Positions 1-26,941 of a stretch of DNA of 64,000 nucleotides are shown piece by piece; position 1 is the stretch's first letter; every line of letters begins with the position of its first letter. Under the pieces are notes generated by a model. The model was not told where the DNA came from and did no database searches. It saw only the letters and a list, made by a program, of their open reading frames with translations. This DNA comes from Phaeosaccion multiseriatum (taxonomy: Eukaryota; Protista; Ochrophyta, other classes). The DNA is taken from positions 1,798,001 to 1,862,000 of the forward strand of contig OZ218959.1 of the NCBI GenBank assembly GCA_965112735.1, read 5' to 3'. The translations under genes were made by a program, and so were the position numbers.

Positions 1-14547
<14,547 letters not shown>

Positions 14548-16374
14548 ACGAACGCACGATATCCCAGCAGCTGGGAACACAAGAAGAGATCATACAACAC
14601 TCAGGCGAACCACACACCGCACCACAAGAAGAGATCATGCAGCACTCACAAAAAAAGGAAAAAAGGGCTCTTTTTAGGTGGGTCCGTGCATGATGTGTTG
14701 ACAGCGTATGGGCATTGGCCCTGATGCTTCCTTCCCCGGGACATGCACTTTCAGAGGAGCGCCGAGTAAACTGTCTGCAAGTCGAAAGCCTGCCTGAGCT
14801 GCACCTCCGCCTCCCCTGAAGCGCGCATTAGCATGAATGCACTGAATGTCGATGGCTGCTAGTATGAGTGATACAATGTCTGGCTAGGCATAGGATTAAT
14901 GCTTGCCCTTTGCGCCTTCGACTCGTCTCCACAGAAGGGCCTAGAGGGCCTCAGGCCCTCGACCCACTTCTGGGCTACCCTGAACGGGCAGCAGCAGAGC
15001 GGCGTCGTACCTACCTGCCGTTGTCTGCTGCCATCTATGGCCCCAGGCACCTCCGCGCCCCTTCTTTGGGAAAGGAGAAATCAACATACAACGTCAGTCA
15101 TGTCATGTTTATAGTCATCTGTGTGATGTCTGCATGTCTTCACTATCGTCAGTCATCATCTGTACCTATCCGCATCTCTACATCGTCGGTACCTCGCTGC
15201 GCACCACTGCCTGAGTCCTCTCTGATCCCTCACTCTCTGTGGTATCCCTCTCCCTCTGTGTCCTTCTCGTCTTCTTTCATCACAGTCTGGCTTGGATTTC
15301 TCCGTCGCTTTCGGAAATGGAAAGCAGCGCCAAATCTCCAGCCGTAAATTCAGCACGTGAGTAGTCGGTAGTAAGGCGTACCACAGGAGCGGCTTTCATG
15401 CGCTTCCCCTCTCACCCCCCTCCCTCCCTCTCCCTCTGTCTTTCTCTCTCTTTGTTTGTCTGTCTCTCTCTCTCTCTCGCTATGTTTGTGCTGCTGTTGT
15501 ACCGTCATCCCAGTAATGGCGTTGCGTGTGTGCGTGCATGCAGCTACTCGCAGGTTTTCACAGGTACGATGGGGTGGTGGGTGTATCACCAATTTCTGCA
15601 GGAGGACGGTGCCGCAGGATGCGCAAGGTCGGTCAGCAGCTCGAGCCGTTCAGTGCCATCCGCTTCTATGGAATGACTTGGGGTGCTGCAATTGGGTGTG
15701 CTTGGGTGTGGTGTATGGACTGAGGGCACGGGTCTGTGTGCACATTTCTGTCTTTGTTGCTGGTGGTAGTGCTACTGCTATGCTGCATTCCAACTGCATC
15801 CTGCTCCTCCTCTTCTTCGCTCCTTGCTCCACGCCCCCCCCCCCGCCGCGCATGGGACGCTTTCCCACCAGCAGAGGCAAGCAAGTTGCAGCGGAGCGGC
15901 TAGCCAAGCTTGGAGGACGCATAAAGGAGTATCGAGACAGCGCCACACGCGCCGTTGTGGTGGACATTGCCACTCAGAGGAACACAAGTGACCTCCTCGA
16001 CAAGCTTCAGAGAGAGTGGTTGCCCGCCATGTTGCGGAGAGAGAGAGGGGGGGAGGGGGAGGGGAAGGGGGGGGAGGGTAGCTAGGGCCCTCGCCTGCTG
16101 CCACAGTTAGGAGAGACCAAGCTGCCATAGTATGGCAAAGAGAGGGGGGGAGGGGGCCATTCCTCTCCTCTCTTGAGAACGTAATTTTATTTATTTATTT
16201 TTTCTTTGATTGCTCATTATTGGCTAAAGTTAATGTCCCGCCCACCACCCTCAGCTAGGGGGCCAAGCGTACTGGTAGCTCCAGGAATAGGGACGGTGCT
16301 GACAAATTATGACAAACCCACACCGCCACAGCACCCACTCTCTCGCCACAATGCCACACAAGCCTAGCTATGGC

Positions 16375-18704
16375 TCATGGGCGCCCCATAAACTCATCGT
16401 AGACCTTTACCTGCGCATTTTCTCGAATCTCCTCGGGGAGGTTCGTCGTCGAGATGTTTATCGCTGCGATTGCGTCACGCAAACCCCCGCCCCCGCCTGT
16501 TAAGGGAATGGTGGTGGCATCTAGCTCTCTCGTCAGCCTGTTGGCACGCGAAAATACCACCTTCTCCATACCCCCCGAGACATTGAAGTCCCCCATTTTG
16601 GCAATGTAGTCATGCCAGGGACGTGTAGCATGCCCCGCCCCCCCCCCCTCCCCTCCTCCTCCTCCTCCTCCTTCTCCTCCTCCTCCTCCTCCTCCTCCTC
16701 CTCCTCCTCCTCCTCCTCCTCCTCCTCCTCCTCCTCCTCCTGCTCGTCCTGCTGCTCCTCCTCCTCCTCCTCCTTCTACTCCCGCTGCTACGACCGCCGC
16801 TGTTCCTCCATCTCGCGTTGCATTCCCTTCGGCTCCTGCTCCTCTGCCAACTGCTGCAGTGGCGACATGTCCACCAGGACGCCCACTCCGGGCCTTCTTC
16901 TTCGATGGTTCTGCATCCGCTCTCGTCTCAGCTGCTGCCGCTCGATCATCATTTGCTGCTCCTCCTCCTCCCGCTCCATTACCACCACGAGCAGTAGCAG
17001 CACCGCCGCCGCCACGAGCAGCAGCAAGACCACCGCCGCCGCCACGAGCAGCAGCAAGACCGCCGCCGCCGCCACGAGGAGCACCACCACCACCGCCGCC
17101 GCCACCACGAGCAGCACCACCACCGCCGCCCCCGCCACGAGGAGCACCACCACCACCGCCGCCGCCACGAGCAGCGGTAGCACCAGCACCAGCAGCTCCA
17201 CCATCACCACCACCACCACCACCACCACCACCACTACCACGAGCAACAGAAGCAGCAGCAGCAGCACTACCACGGGACTTGACCTCCGCCTCTTTTGCCA
17301 TGTATACAGAGAGTATAGACCCCGTCCACCCTCCTCCTCCTGCTCGTCCTGCTGCTCCTCCTCCTCCTCCTGCTCCTCCCGCTGCTACGGCCGCCGCTGT
17401 TCCTCCATCTCGCGTTGCATTCCCTTTGGCTCCTGCTCCTCTGCCAACTGCTGCAGTGGCGACATGTCCACCAGGACGCCCACTCCAGGCCTTCTTCTTC
17501 GATGGCTCTGCATCCGCTCTCGTCTCAGCTGCTGCCGCTCGATCATCATTTGCTGCTCCTCCTCCTCCCGCTCCATTACCACCACGAGCAGCAGCAGCAC
17601 CACCACCATCACCTCCACGAGCAGCGGTAGCGCCAGCACCAGCACCAGCAGAAGCAGCTCCACCACCACCACCACCACGAGCACCAGCATCACCATGACC
17701 GCCTCCATCGCCACCACCACCACCGCCACCAGCACCAGCACCAGCAGCACGAAAGTATTTCTCAATCTCTGGTCTCGCCCTCTCGACAGGGTTTGGATCC
17801 TTTGTGAAGCGCCATTCGATCATGTACTCACTTGCAAAGAGTACGCGACTCTCCCTGTGCCCTTTGTTGTCTGTGGTCCAGACCCTTGCCGCAGCAATGT
17901 TGCGGAGCTCCTCCACGTCAACAATTTCCTTGGCAGTGGTCTCAAACTTACGCAACCGGCTAAGGCGTCGAACAAAGATGTGTTTATTCGCGAGCCCTTC
18001 CCCGTTCATCTGAGGCAGTACGCAGCCATACCTTCCATTGTTTGCATGCTCTGGCGCCCGTTGATTCAAGTCGATTATTTCCCTTCCGATCGGCCCCTCT
18101 TGCTCCAGTAGAAGCCAGCTCTTGCCGTAACTTGAAGCGCACATGTGCCATGCAACGACGGTTGAGGCGATAGCTTTGTCCCAGTGCCAGTCTTCAAGCT
18201 TCGTCCTGGCGTAGTTTCCATCTTCGAGGAAGGCAAAGCCGGCAATGTTAACCTCCCTAGGCAAGCCGCAGTCGCTTATCTTGCTGGACACGGCTGGGTC
18301 AACTCTGTCTGTGCGGTCTTGGGAACACACAACGCCGTACCTCCAGTCTTTCTGATTATTCTTCTTAAGGAAGTCAAGTGATGTTTGGCATATGGCTAAG
18401 GGCAAATGATCGCCCTTCTTGGTTAGGCCTCTGGCTACGAAAAGAATGCGTGTGCCCACCTAGTAGGCCGAGGGGCGACGCGAGAGGACGTGGGCGAGGG
18501 AGATTGCAGCAGAACGAACAATGGGGGAGTCGATTAGTACTTTGCGAACTTTGGTATCTTCAGTCTACTGACTACAGCAGAACGAAGCAAAGGCAGACAG
18601 GTCACACGAACCTTGATGTCTTCAGACGTGGGCCCTTCACCCTCCTTAAAGGCCTTGACCTTCAAGCCCCTGGGCTTATGGAGATCATCAACTCCGAAGG
18701 CCAT
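16375..18704 (-). CDS. Orphan protein: about 240-aa globular-looking region followed by a Gly/Ala-rich low-complexity tail with an internal duplication
   Basis: A 694-codon ORF (16375-18459) is preceded by an acceptor (cctactag). A plausible first exon at 18704-18612 (MAFGVDDLHKPRGLKVKAFKEGEGPTSEDIK|gt) splices in phase 0. No family recognised. Confidence 0.5.
16731..17595. repeat. Internal direct duplication of about 265 bp (about 16731-16995 and 17331-17595)
   Basis: The peptide ARGGNGAGGGGAANDDRAAAAETRADAEPSKKKA.SGRPGGHVATAAVGRGAGA.GNATRDGGTAA occurs twice, 600 nt apart. Confidence 0.9.
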
Positions 18705-19146
18705 CGACTTCCTGGCGTTCTAGAGTTCCTTTCCCCGTGTCTTCCCCCCCCTCTCTCTCTGTTCGTTCCAGACAATAGTCCACGTAATGGCCCTGCTGTG
18801 TCCTGCCCCCGTGCCCGTTATTCTAGATGCCGGCCTTCTCTCTCGTAGGCCTTGTTTTCTTCTCTGGCAGCCGCCGAAGTATGGAACCCTTGAAGGTGTA
18901 GTACTGCCACGCCAGTTGCGGGGGGGCTGCACGATACACACGAGGCCGGGAAGAGCGGCGGAAGCCGTCGAAGAAGATGATACGTTGAGAGGGCGGAGAG
19001 AGAAGAAAGACGGGGATGCTTTGTGGGCAGCAGCGAAGAGAAAGGAAGGAAGAGTGTGGAAGAGAAGACTGAGGAGGAAGAGAGAAAGGACAAAAAGGAC
19101 AGAGCCCTTTTTTTTTTTTAAAGAGCAAAAAGATGGATTGGAAAAA

Positions 19147-20587
19147 AGAGAGAAAAATCCACCCCCGTTCCACCTCAAAATACTGTTTTAGCGAGTTTGA
19201 ACATGCGCATCGTGTTCGAGACAAGTCGAATGCCGACATCGTTGCCTCCTGCAACCTCTATCAAGTTCAGTTCTATGGCCCTGGGTCCTCAAAAAAACTG
19301 AAACTCCAGTTCCTTACGTAAGGGCCATGCGGGTCTTACAGAAGGGCGTCTTGCGCCCAAAGGGCCATCGAAGTAGAGACAAGCAAGTAAAGGAGGGTTC
19401 TGATCCTGACGCCCCACCCACCTTAAGGAGTTGACCGTTGCCTCGTCTGTCCCGTATATAAAGTCCAGATCAATGAAGTGCGTGGAGGAGGCTCGAGGCT
19501 GGCGGACTCCCGTGGTGGCATTCACCTCCGCCTGGCTACGATTGAAGGGCAGCGAGGAGGCTCCATCCGGGCACTCCTCATCATCGCAGGCAATGTCAAA
19601 GGGCTCTGAGGCGTTTTGGTTGGGGGTTCCTGCCAAATCTCTGGACACCAGCCAGCTCCAGAAGGCAAAGAGCTGCGAGGCGGGCGCCTTTGAGGCGTCG
19701 TCGCCATACGCGTAGTTCGGTCTGCCGTCACCGTTGCTTTGGAGGAACAAAGAGGCGGAGGTAGAGAAGGACGTTAAGATATGGAAGGGACGGAGGAGGA
19801 GGCCCGGCGTGTTTTTTAGGGACCTACTTGCTGGCCCGCGGTGTGTCGCTCAGATAGAGCTCCCGCATGATCGTCCGGGCCGAGGGTAGCCCTTCGCCGG
19901 CTGGATTCGCTCCCAGGCCATCTCCGGGAAAGGACGACCTCACGTCACGAAAGACAAAAGGGTGTTCAAACATTCCCCAGTCGATGTGTTCCCTGTTGTT
20001 GCCACTGCCATTATACGAGCGAACGTCCAGGCGAAGGTAACAGTAAGAACGGCCCAAAAAAAAAAAAAAAAAAAAAAAAAAAACGCCCTTTTATCTTAAT
20101 TTGCCTTAATTTCGTCTAAAAATAATCGCGTAAAAGAAAATCACGGAAAAGGGCGTCAAAGGGCGTCAAAGGGCGTCAAAGTGCGTCACATACGGCTTTA
20201 AAGTGGGTGAAAAAGGGGTTCAAAAGTCGTCAAACGTCGTCAAGGTAATCGTCATTTGGCGTCAAAAAAAATGCACGGGGCGTCAAAAGTGCCACTCAAC
20301 CGCGAAATCACAGTAAGATCTTAGTAAAAAAAGGGAAAAAAACAACAACAACAAAAACACCTCACAACAAGAGAGAGAAAAATCCACCCCCTTCCACCTC
20401 AAAATACTGTTTTAGCGAGTTTGAACATGCGCATCGTGTTCGAGACAGGCAAATGCCGGCATCGTTGCCTCCTGCAACCTCTATCAACAAGTTCAGTTCT
20501 ATGGCCCTGAAGGAAAAATAGAAAATGCTCTTCCTTACGTAAGGGCCATGCGGGTCTTACAGAAGGGCGTCTTGCGCCCAAAGGGCC
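19147..20587. mobile_element. Possible non-autonomous element or capture structure bounded by about 220-bp imperfect direct repeats (19147-19366, 20372-20587)
   Basis: Both copies run agagagaaaaatccaccc...ccttacgtaagggccatgcgggtcttacagaagggcgtcttgcgcccaaagggcc. The interior holds the gene fragment, a long poly-A and an AT-rich tract with repeated GGGCGTCAAA/CGTCAAA motifs. No transposase is seen. Confidence 0.4.
19369..20037 (-). pseudogene. Partial duplicate of the giant gene (end of exon 1, intron 1, exon 2, start of intron 2; source about 13771-14440)
   Basis: Near-identical to 13771-14440 including intron 1. It has a 12-nt in-frame deletion (CDDGVSDSQCP to CDDEECP) and lacks the start codon and signal peptide. 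Confidence 0.9.
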
Positions 20588-21042
20588 CTCCCTCCCCCCC
20601 CCCCTCCCTGAAGTGCCTCTATCGCCGAGTTGAGCAGTTTTGGTTTCGCGTCCCAGGTAGGGGTGGGTAAGGGGAGTGCAAAAAGACCCTCAGAATCTTT
20701 GCACTACGCCAATCGCCTTATATGTCCTCTCTAACATGGTGAAGCGGGGAAATACCCACATCAAAACCGTGTACGAAGTACCTTACTGTATCGGCGCCGG
20801 TCGTATTTGCGCGGGAGGTTTCCTTCAAACACCCACAAAAAAAGGGACCACGTAGTTTGATGATGGAGAGTTTCTCCTGTTGTCGTTCTCTTCGCCTTAA
20901 TCTCTTTCGGAGCTGAGAAGCTGTCGAGGGCGGTTGCGTGACCACGAAGTTCCAGTTTTTTTTTATATTAAGTACTGGCGCTGTGGAAAAACAGCCGAGT
21001 CTCAATGGAGTCTCAATTACTACAAACCAACTGACTTTGCTC

Positions 21043-24037
21043 TCAGATGTACAGGGGCTTGGCAGCCAGGGCCTCCATATAGGGCTGCACAGCGAAGCGC
21101 GTCAGCAAGTAGAACATCACCCCGAGGAAGATGCTGATGGGCAGAGCTGGTAACGCCTTCTTGTAGATGCCCAGCAGTGTCAGAGTAGCGCCGAGGCCGC
21201 CGAGAATCACCTGAGAAGAGCAGCCAAGAGAAGGGAAGAGAAGGGAAGGAGGTGTCAAGAGAGAAGCGAAGCGAAGACAAGACGGGCGAAGAACAGACAG
21301 GACAAAAGGAGAGAGAAAGCAAGGGCGAAGCGAAGCGAGGAAAAGAGAAGGGACACAAGACCAGACAAGACAAGAAAACAGGGCATGGTCTCGTCTTTGT
21401 GTTGGTCATCCTGACAATCTAGCCGTGCTATCTCATCATCACGTCTTCGGCTCCCGTCCTCCTTCTCCTCCTCCTCTCACCAGGAAGCACGCTGCCCACG
21501 GCACAAAACCGTAAATGGCAGCCTTACTGCAGAGCACACTGTAGAATACCAAGTCACCGAGGCCGAGCTTGATGCTGCTGTTCTCCTCCTCCTCCTCCTC
21601 CTCGTCCTCTTCATCAAAGGCGTGTTCTGCGTAATTGAAGCCATCGTCGCCTATTTGGTCCTGACGCCCAGTGACGTCGCCCCCTTCCTCTTGCCTCGCC
21701 TCTTGCGGTCGCTGCATTTGCTGCAGCTGATATTCTTCTCCCGCCCCTGATCCCTCCCGTGCTCCTCCTCCTTCTTCTCCTCCTCTTGCTCCCCGTCTCT
21801 TGCTATTCGTGGCTGTGGTGCGCTCCAAGCTTTCGTCTGTGTGGGAGCGCGCAGTCAGTGGTACGCTCTCTACTTCGCCTTGTCGTCCTCGCCCTCCTTC
21901 CGGAGCAGATCCATTCGGCGCCTGTGTACCAGAGGGGTGCAGAGAGGAGAAGGGTGATAGGCCGCGTGGGTTGGCATTGTGTTGGATTCGATATCGATTT
22001 CGAAGCAGAAGGACAAGCACGTGAGGATTCTCACACAGAGAGAGAGAGAGACTGAGAGAGAGAGGGAGGAGAGAGAGAGGGAGATGGATATATACGAGAG
22101 AGGGAGAGAGAGAAGAGAGGTGGGGGGAGAGAGAGAGAGGGAGAGAGAGAGCAGGGATACATGTCCCTGAGCGAGCGTTTGGGGAGGGAACACACACCGT
22201 GTGGGAAGGATAGGACGTCAGATACGATTGAGTGCACAGTTCTTCCCGTTCGACCCACGTACCATCTCGGAAGAAGCGTTCACAGAGGCCCCGCCGCCTC
22301 GAGGCAGCTCTGCTTCGTACAGCAGCCCGGGCATTGGCTCGTTATACTCCTACGGGCAGGGTGAGCGATACAGAGGGGGAGGACGGTTGGGTGGGGACTC
22401 GAATAGCTGAAGGGAAATGGAGAAGAGAGAGTGAGATGGAGAAGGGAAAGGGAGGAAGAGCGACGCAAGCACGCACGCACGCACCTGCATGAGGTTGACG
22501 AGAGCCTTGAGCGGCCCGCAGGGAGTGAGCACTGCGCAGAGGTCGTACAGTGCGAGGCACACGAGCAGCGACCAGCCCGTCCACTCCTCGAAGCGGCTCA
22601 GCTGCCACGCCATTATGACGCTCGTGGCGACCAAGTAGCCCTTGGTGGCAGGAGGAGCAGGAGGAGGAGCAGCAGGAGGAGGAGGAGGAGGATAGGTACT
22701 CAGAAACACAAGAGGGGATGAAGGTATGGAGGAGGAGCAAACATGAGGCGCTGTGCGTCTAAAGGTCACCTGTGTGACGATCATGGGCACTCCTTTGCCG
22801 TAGAAGATGGACACCACGCCCACCACCGAAAAGTTGTAGAGCACCCAGTAGTACGTGAATACGTCAGTGGGCAGCTGCCAGCGGTCGAGGGCGGTGTACC
22901 ACACCATCCCACCCATGAGCCCCAGCAGCATCATGGATGAGAACATCATGTAGCCAATGAGTAGCTGAGGATGGGATGGAGCGACGAGAGGGGCAGGCAG
23001 GCAGGCAGGGAGGGAGGGAGGGAGGGAGGGAGCGACGAGGAAGTGAGAAAACGCAAGTTGAGTTCCATGGGGAGCTTGATCGATGCTGACCTTCATGCAG
23101 CGAAAGCGGTACAGCAGCACAATGCCGAAGGTGGCCACGGCGATGAAGCAGATGATGACGATGGCGTTGATAATGCTCTTGCCCAGCTTGGCCCCGTCAG
23201 AGTCGTCCGGCGTCTCCGACTCGTCGTAAACCTGGGGGTGGGGTGGTAAATGGCAACGGCCATATGGGTGAGAGGCCTGACTAGTACTGCCAGGACGACA
23301 GCTCGGGGGATGTTCAGCGAGAGACGCGCCAACCAGCGCTCTGCCAAGCCTCTGGTTAACCTCTCGTCAGCCCTTTCCTCCCCTCAAGTTTAAAGCTGCT
23401 CTTGTTCTCCTTCCCCTTCTCTTCTCCAATGCTGGTTTTGCTCAAGAGCCGTGAAAGACAATACTCGGCTCCTCAGTCGGCGATTGTCTGCCACTTGGAC
23501 CAAGAGATACGCAGGCAGTGGGACCCTATGGTCCCGATCATGATCCCAGGCACACGATCCCATCCCAATCTCCACAGGAACAACCGCACCCACCTCGTAA
23601 GCCGATAGGCCAGCCGCCTGTTGGGAACGGGACGATGCCGTCGATACGTAGACTGTGCAGAGGGAGGCGAGGATCATGGTGAACGCCACCGGCCAGAGCA
23701 CCGCCATGAAGGAGTTGACACTGTACACCAAGGTGTCGAGCGTAAACCCAGCCATCCCAGACCCATCGTCTGCATCTGCTGCTGCATCGCCCCCCCTTCC
23801 CCTCCTACTGCCGTTCCTACTGCTCCGACCGTGGCCTCCCCCACTACCCGACCTCGCGTGAGCAGCGGAAGCTGGTACAGAATGGTGCTGGGCATCCCCC
23901 TTCCCTCTCTCCAGAGGCGAGGTGGTCGCGCCCTTGAGCGGGGTCGCTTCGCCGTCCTCCCCCCCCGCCACCTTACTGGGCGACGCGTGCGTCGCGGTGG
24001 AAGGGAAGAGGGTCTCTTCTCCTTCAGCAGGAGGCAT
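21043..24037 (-). CDS. PSEN: Presenilin (gamma-secretase catalytic subunit, GxGD aspartyl protease), multi-exon
   Basis: LALYDLCAVLTPCGPLKALV (YD Asp), IKLGLGDLVFYSVL (GxGD Asp), KKALPALPISI (PAL motif), ATFGIVLLYRFRCMK, NFSVVGVVSIF and EWTGWSLL. Confidence 0.95.
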
Positions 24038-24180
24038 CTCCTTCAGGAGGAGAAAAAAATAGCACAAAAACACAGTCAAACACAACTGCTCAAGATAACG
24101 TTACGTAAGAAGGAGAGAGATTTCTTGTCTGTGTCTCGGTTCTTGGGAGGGAGCGCTGCTCTACCTGCCCTTGGTAGAAC

Positions 24181-25818
24181 ATGGCATGGGAGGATGGACT
24201 ATTTGTGCTCACCACCTCCTTCATCTTCACGGTGCTTGTCGAATGTGAGTCCCCTCTAAATTGCAAGTCAGCCCTCCCTCCCTCCCCGATGGTGTGCTTG
24301 TGGGTTCATGATGGTGGCATTGCGCTCGACTTGTGGGAGCTACTCGCCTCTATCTTTCTCCCTCGCCTTCATGCCCATGCCAAGCCTGCTGCTGATTCGT
24401 CTCCCTCCTCCACACTCCTCCCTTTAGGGCTGATGGAGTACTTCATCTACAGTGGTGAGGCCTACACCGACCTGACCCGCAAGATAGAGATTACCAACAA
24501 GCAACTCCAACGCATGGAGCAGCAGCAAATGCTGAACGAGGGGGCAGAGTCCAAGGCGTAAGTGTATGAAGAATCGAAAGCTTGCTTTCCCTCGTCCTCC
24601 TCATTTCATCTCTCCCCTGCTTGCTACACACTGCGCCGTCCCTTACTTCCTCCTCCTCCTTTTAACATGATCTCGAACCCTGTATACAGAGCTGAGAAGC
24701 AGCGCAAGCGGCTGAAGGCGGTGCAAGAAGACATGTTTAGCCTTAGCAGATCATTCAAAGCCGTGCAGGTGAAGCCCCTCTTGCTCGTGGCCCTGTCGGG
24801 CTTCGTTCTGCTCTACAAGCTCGCTGCCGTCTACGAGGGAGTGGTGGCGGTGAAGATGCCCTTCGAAGCGGTGTCCATCTTCCAGAGGATCACACACCGG
24901 AACTTGGAGGGAGACGATTACTCAGAAGGAGGCGTGGTAAGTCACACACACACACGGGCTTGTTTGACTGGCCCACGGGGTGTTTCCTTCCCTGCTTGCT
25001 TGGAACACTTCCCGTTTCCCCTCTCCTCTGTCCTGTCCACCCCACGCCCCACTCTCTTCAATTGTGTTTGGCTCTCCTCTGGTGTGTTATAATCATATCT
25101 CGTCGGTTGTTCCTTTGGCTCATCCTGCTCTCCTCTGTTGACTGTTGTTTGCTTTGGCTCTTGTGCATGCGCAGCACGTTGTCCTTGCTCTCTGTGGTAT
25201 GGGGCTGCGAGGGAATGTGCAGAAGTTGTATGGGCACGTCCCGCCAAGGTACGTGTGTGTGTGAGACAGAGGGAAAGGGAGAAGAGAGAGATCAAGGGGG
25301 AAGAGAGAGAGGGACGAGAATGAGAGAGATGGAGGAAGAGAAAGAGAGAAAAGTGGAGAGAACACACGATGGCACGACTATACGATACCCCCAAACAGAG
25401 CCATTACCGAATCTGCTTTGCGTAATTGATGCTCAAGGGCTATTAAAGCGGGACAAGAAAGACTCAAAAAGATGCCCCAAAGACGGAACGGAAGCTCTCT
25501 CTCTCTTACAGGAATCTCCATCTCTCTCTGTGTGTTTGGAAGGAAGCTCCCTTTTCCCGAAGGCTCGCATTTGTTCATCTGCTACCATTCTAATTCCTTC
25601 TTTCTTTGTTTGTTTGTTTGTTTTGTTTCATCAAATGGCCTCGTTCTTTGATGCCTGACTTACTGACTAACCGACTTACTGACTTACTGACTAACCGACT
25701 TGCTGACTGCCTGACTGACTCACTGCCCAGGTGCTTGGATAAGTACGGCACAATGGACGAAGCAAGCCTCCGAGCCGACAAGATGATGGGAATAGATGAA
25801 GACAGCAAGAGGAAGTGA
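24181..25818 (+). CDS. TMCO1: TMCO1 (Oxa1-superfamily ER membrane protein / calcium load-activated channel)
   Basis: Exons at about 24181-24244, 24428-24557, 24690-24936, 25175-25248 and 25731-25818. They give YEGVVAVKMPFEAVSIFQRITHRNLEGDDYSEGGV|HVVLALCGMGLRGNVQKLYG, matching the TMCO1 KLPF..SHRNL.GDD..C...R.N.QK..G pattern. An N-terminal TM and coiled coil are present. Confidence 0.88.
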
Positions 25819-26570
25819 CTTGATTCAAAATGATGAACACAAACACTCATTCACAAGCAACCACAATCACATCTCAAACTCTTCACGGCGGCTTGCGTGG
25901 TGCGTGCGTGTAGCAGCTCATCCTGACGTAGACCTGCCCCTTGTGGGCGGTGTGGAGGACAAAAGGCTGATGGATGCAGTCGACTGAGTACCGTATTCTC
26001 ACGAAAAATACAGACACCCTCCAACAAGCAGTTACTGTAGTTTGTATTTGCATTTGTTCTGCTGCCTCTGTTTCTCATCTCATGACTTTCCCACCACACG
26101 GCGGGAGGGAGGGGTGGCTTGAGCGCTTGTTCGTTCGAATATAGGCCGTCCCCCCGGGAGGATGGGGGAGAAGCTGAGCGAAGAAGCTGAGCGAGACTGC
26201 CCACTCTGCTGCAGCAAATGACACCACCACAACGACTCGACGCCGCAGCAGCAGTTGGTGATACAGCAGCCACCGTGCGATGCTTCTTGCCACCACTCGC
26301 CTTGCCCCTGCCTTTGCCGTGGCCAGGGTCGCGAAGAGCGAAGTCCTCACATCCATCTCACATGCCCATATGCCTGTCCTGCCCAAGACGCTCTGTCCAC
26401 GCACATCGCAGAGGGGAGTGGTGAGATGACCAAGAGATCTCCCGTCCCTTCCGCTGCCATCCCACCAATGCACAGAGCTCCCCTCACTTCCACTGCCATT
26501 CCATCCATCGACAAAAGCTGCTCCCCCCCTCCCCTCCCTTTTAATGGCATCCCATCAAACCATCGCCCCC

Positions 26571-26905
26571 TTACCCCTCGCCTCGAAAGTGGGGGAGAGG
26601 AGGCTTGCCACATGGCCGAGTGGCGGCGGTGGTGGCGGTGATGGTCATGGTGGTGGTGCAAGAGCCGCCACCACCGATGGGGGGCCGATGAGAGAGAGAG
26701 GCAGCTGGTCCAGATCCTGCGCACCTGTCGCTTAAGTCAGACGCTCGGCCATCCTTGCTGCCATTGGCCGTGGTGTTGCTGTTCAAGGCCGCGTCGACCC
26801 TGGGGGGTTGAGCCAAGAAAGCGAGACGCGGCTCCTCTTGCTTGCAGAGCCCTCCTCCCTCCCTTAGTCCACCCCCTTGCTCTCGTCCTTCACCTCCGTT
26901 TGCTG

Positions 26906-26941
<36 letters not shown>

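Noticed and set aside
16612-18111. 499-aa Ser/Thr-rich plus-strand ORF
   Set aside because: Antisense shadow of the Gly/Ala low-complexity minus-strand ORF.
19147-20587. LTR retrotransposon or retrocopy
   Set aside because: The repeats lack evident TG..CA ends, PBS/PPT and gag-pol. The copied gene fragment retains its intron, and the poly-A is on the wrong side and strand to be its mRNA tail.
20675-20706. Hairpin agtgcaaa...tttgcact as a terminator or Helitron end
   Set aside because: Short stem with no U-tract or CTRR terminus; could arise by chance.
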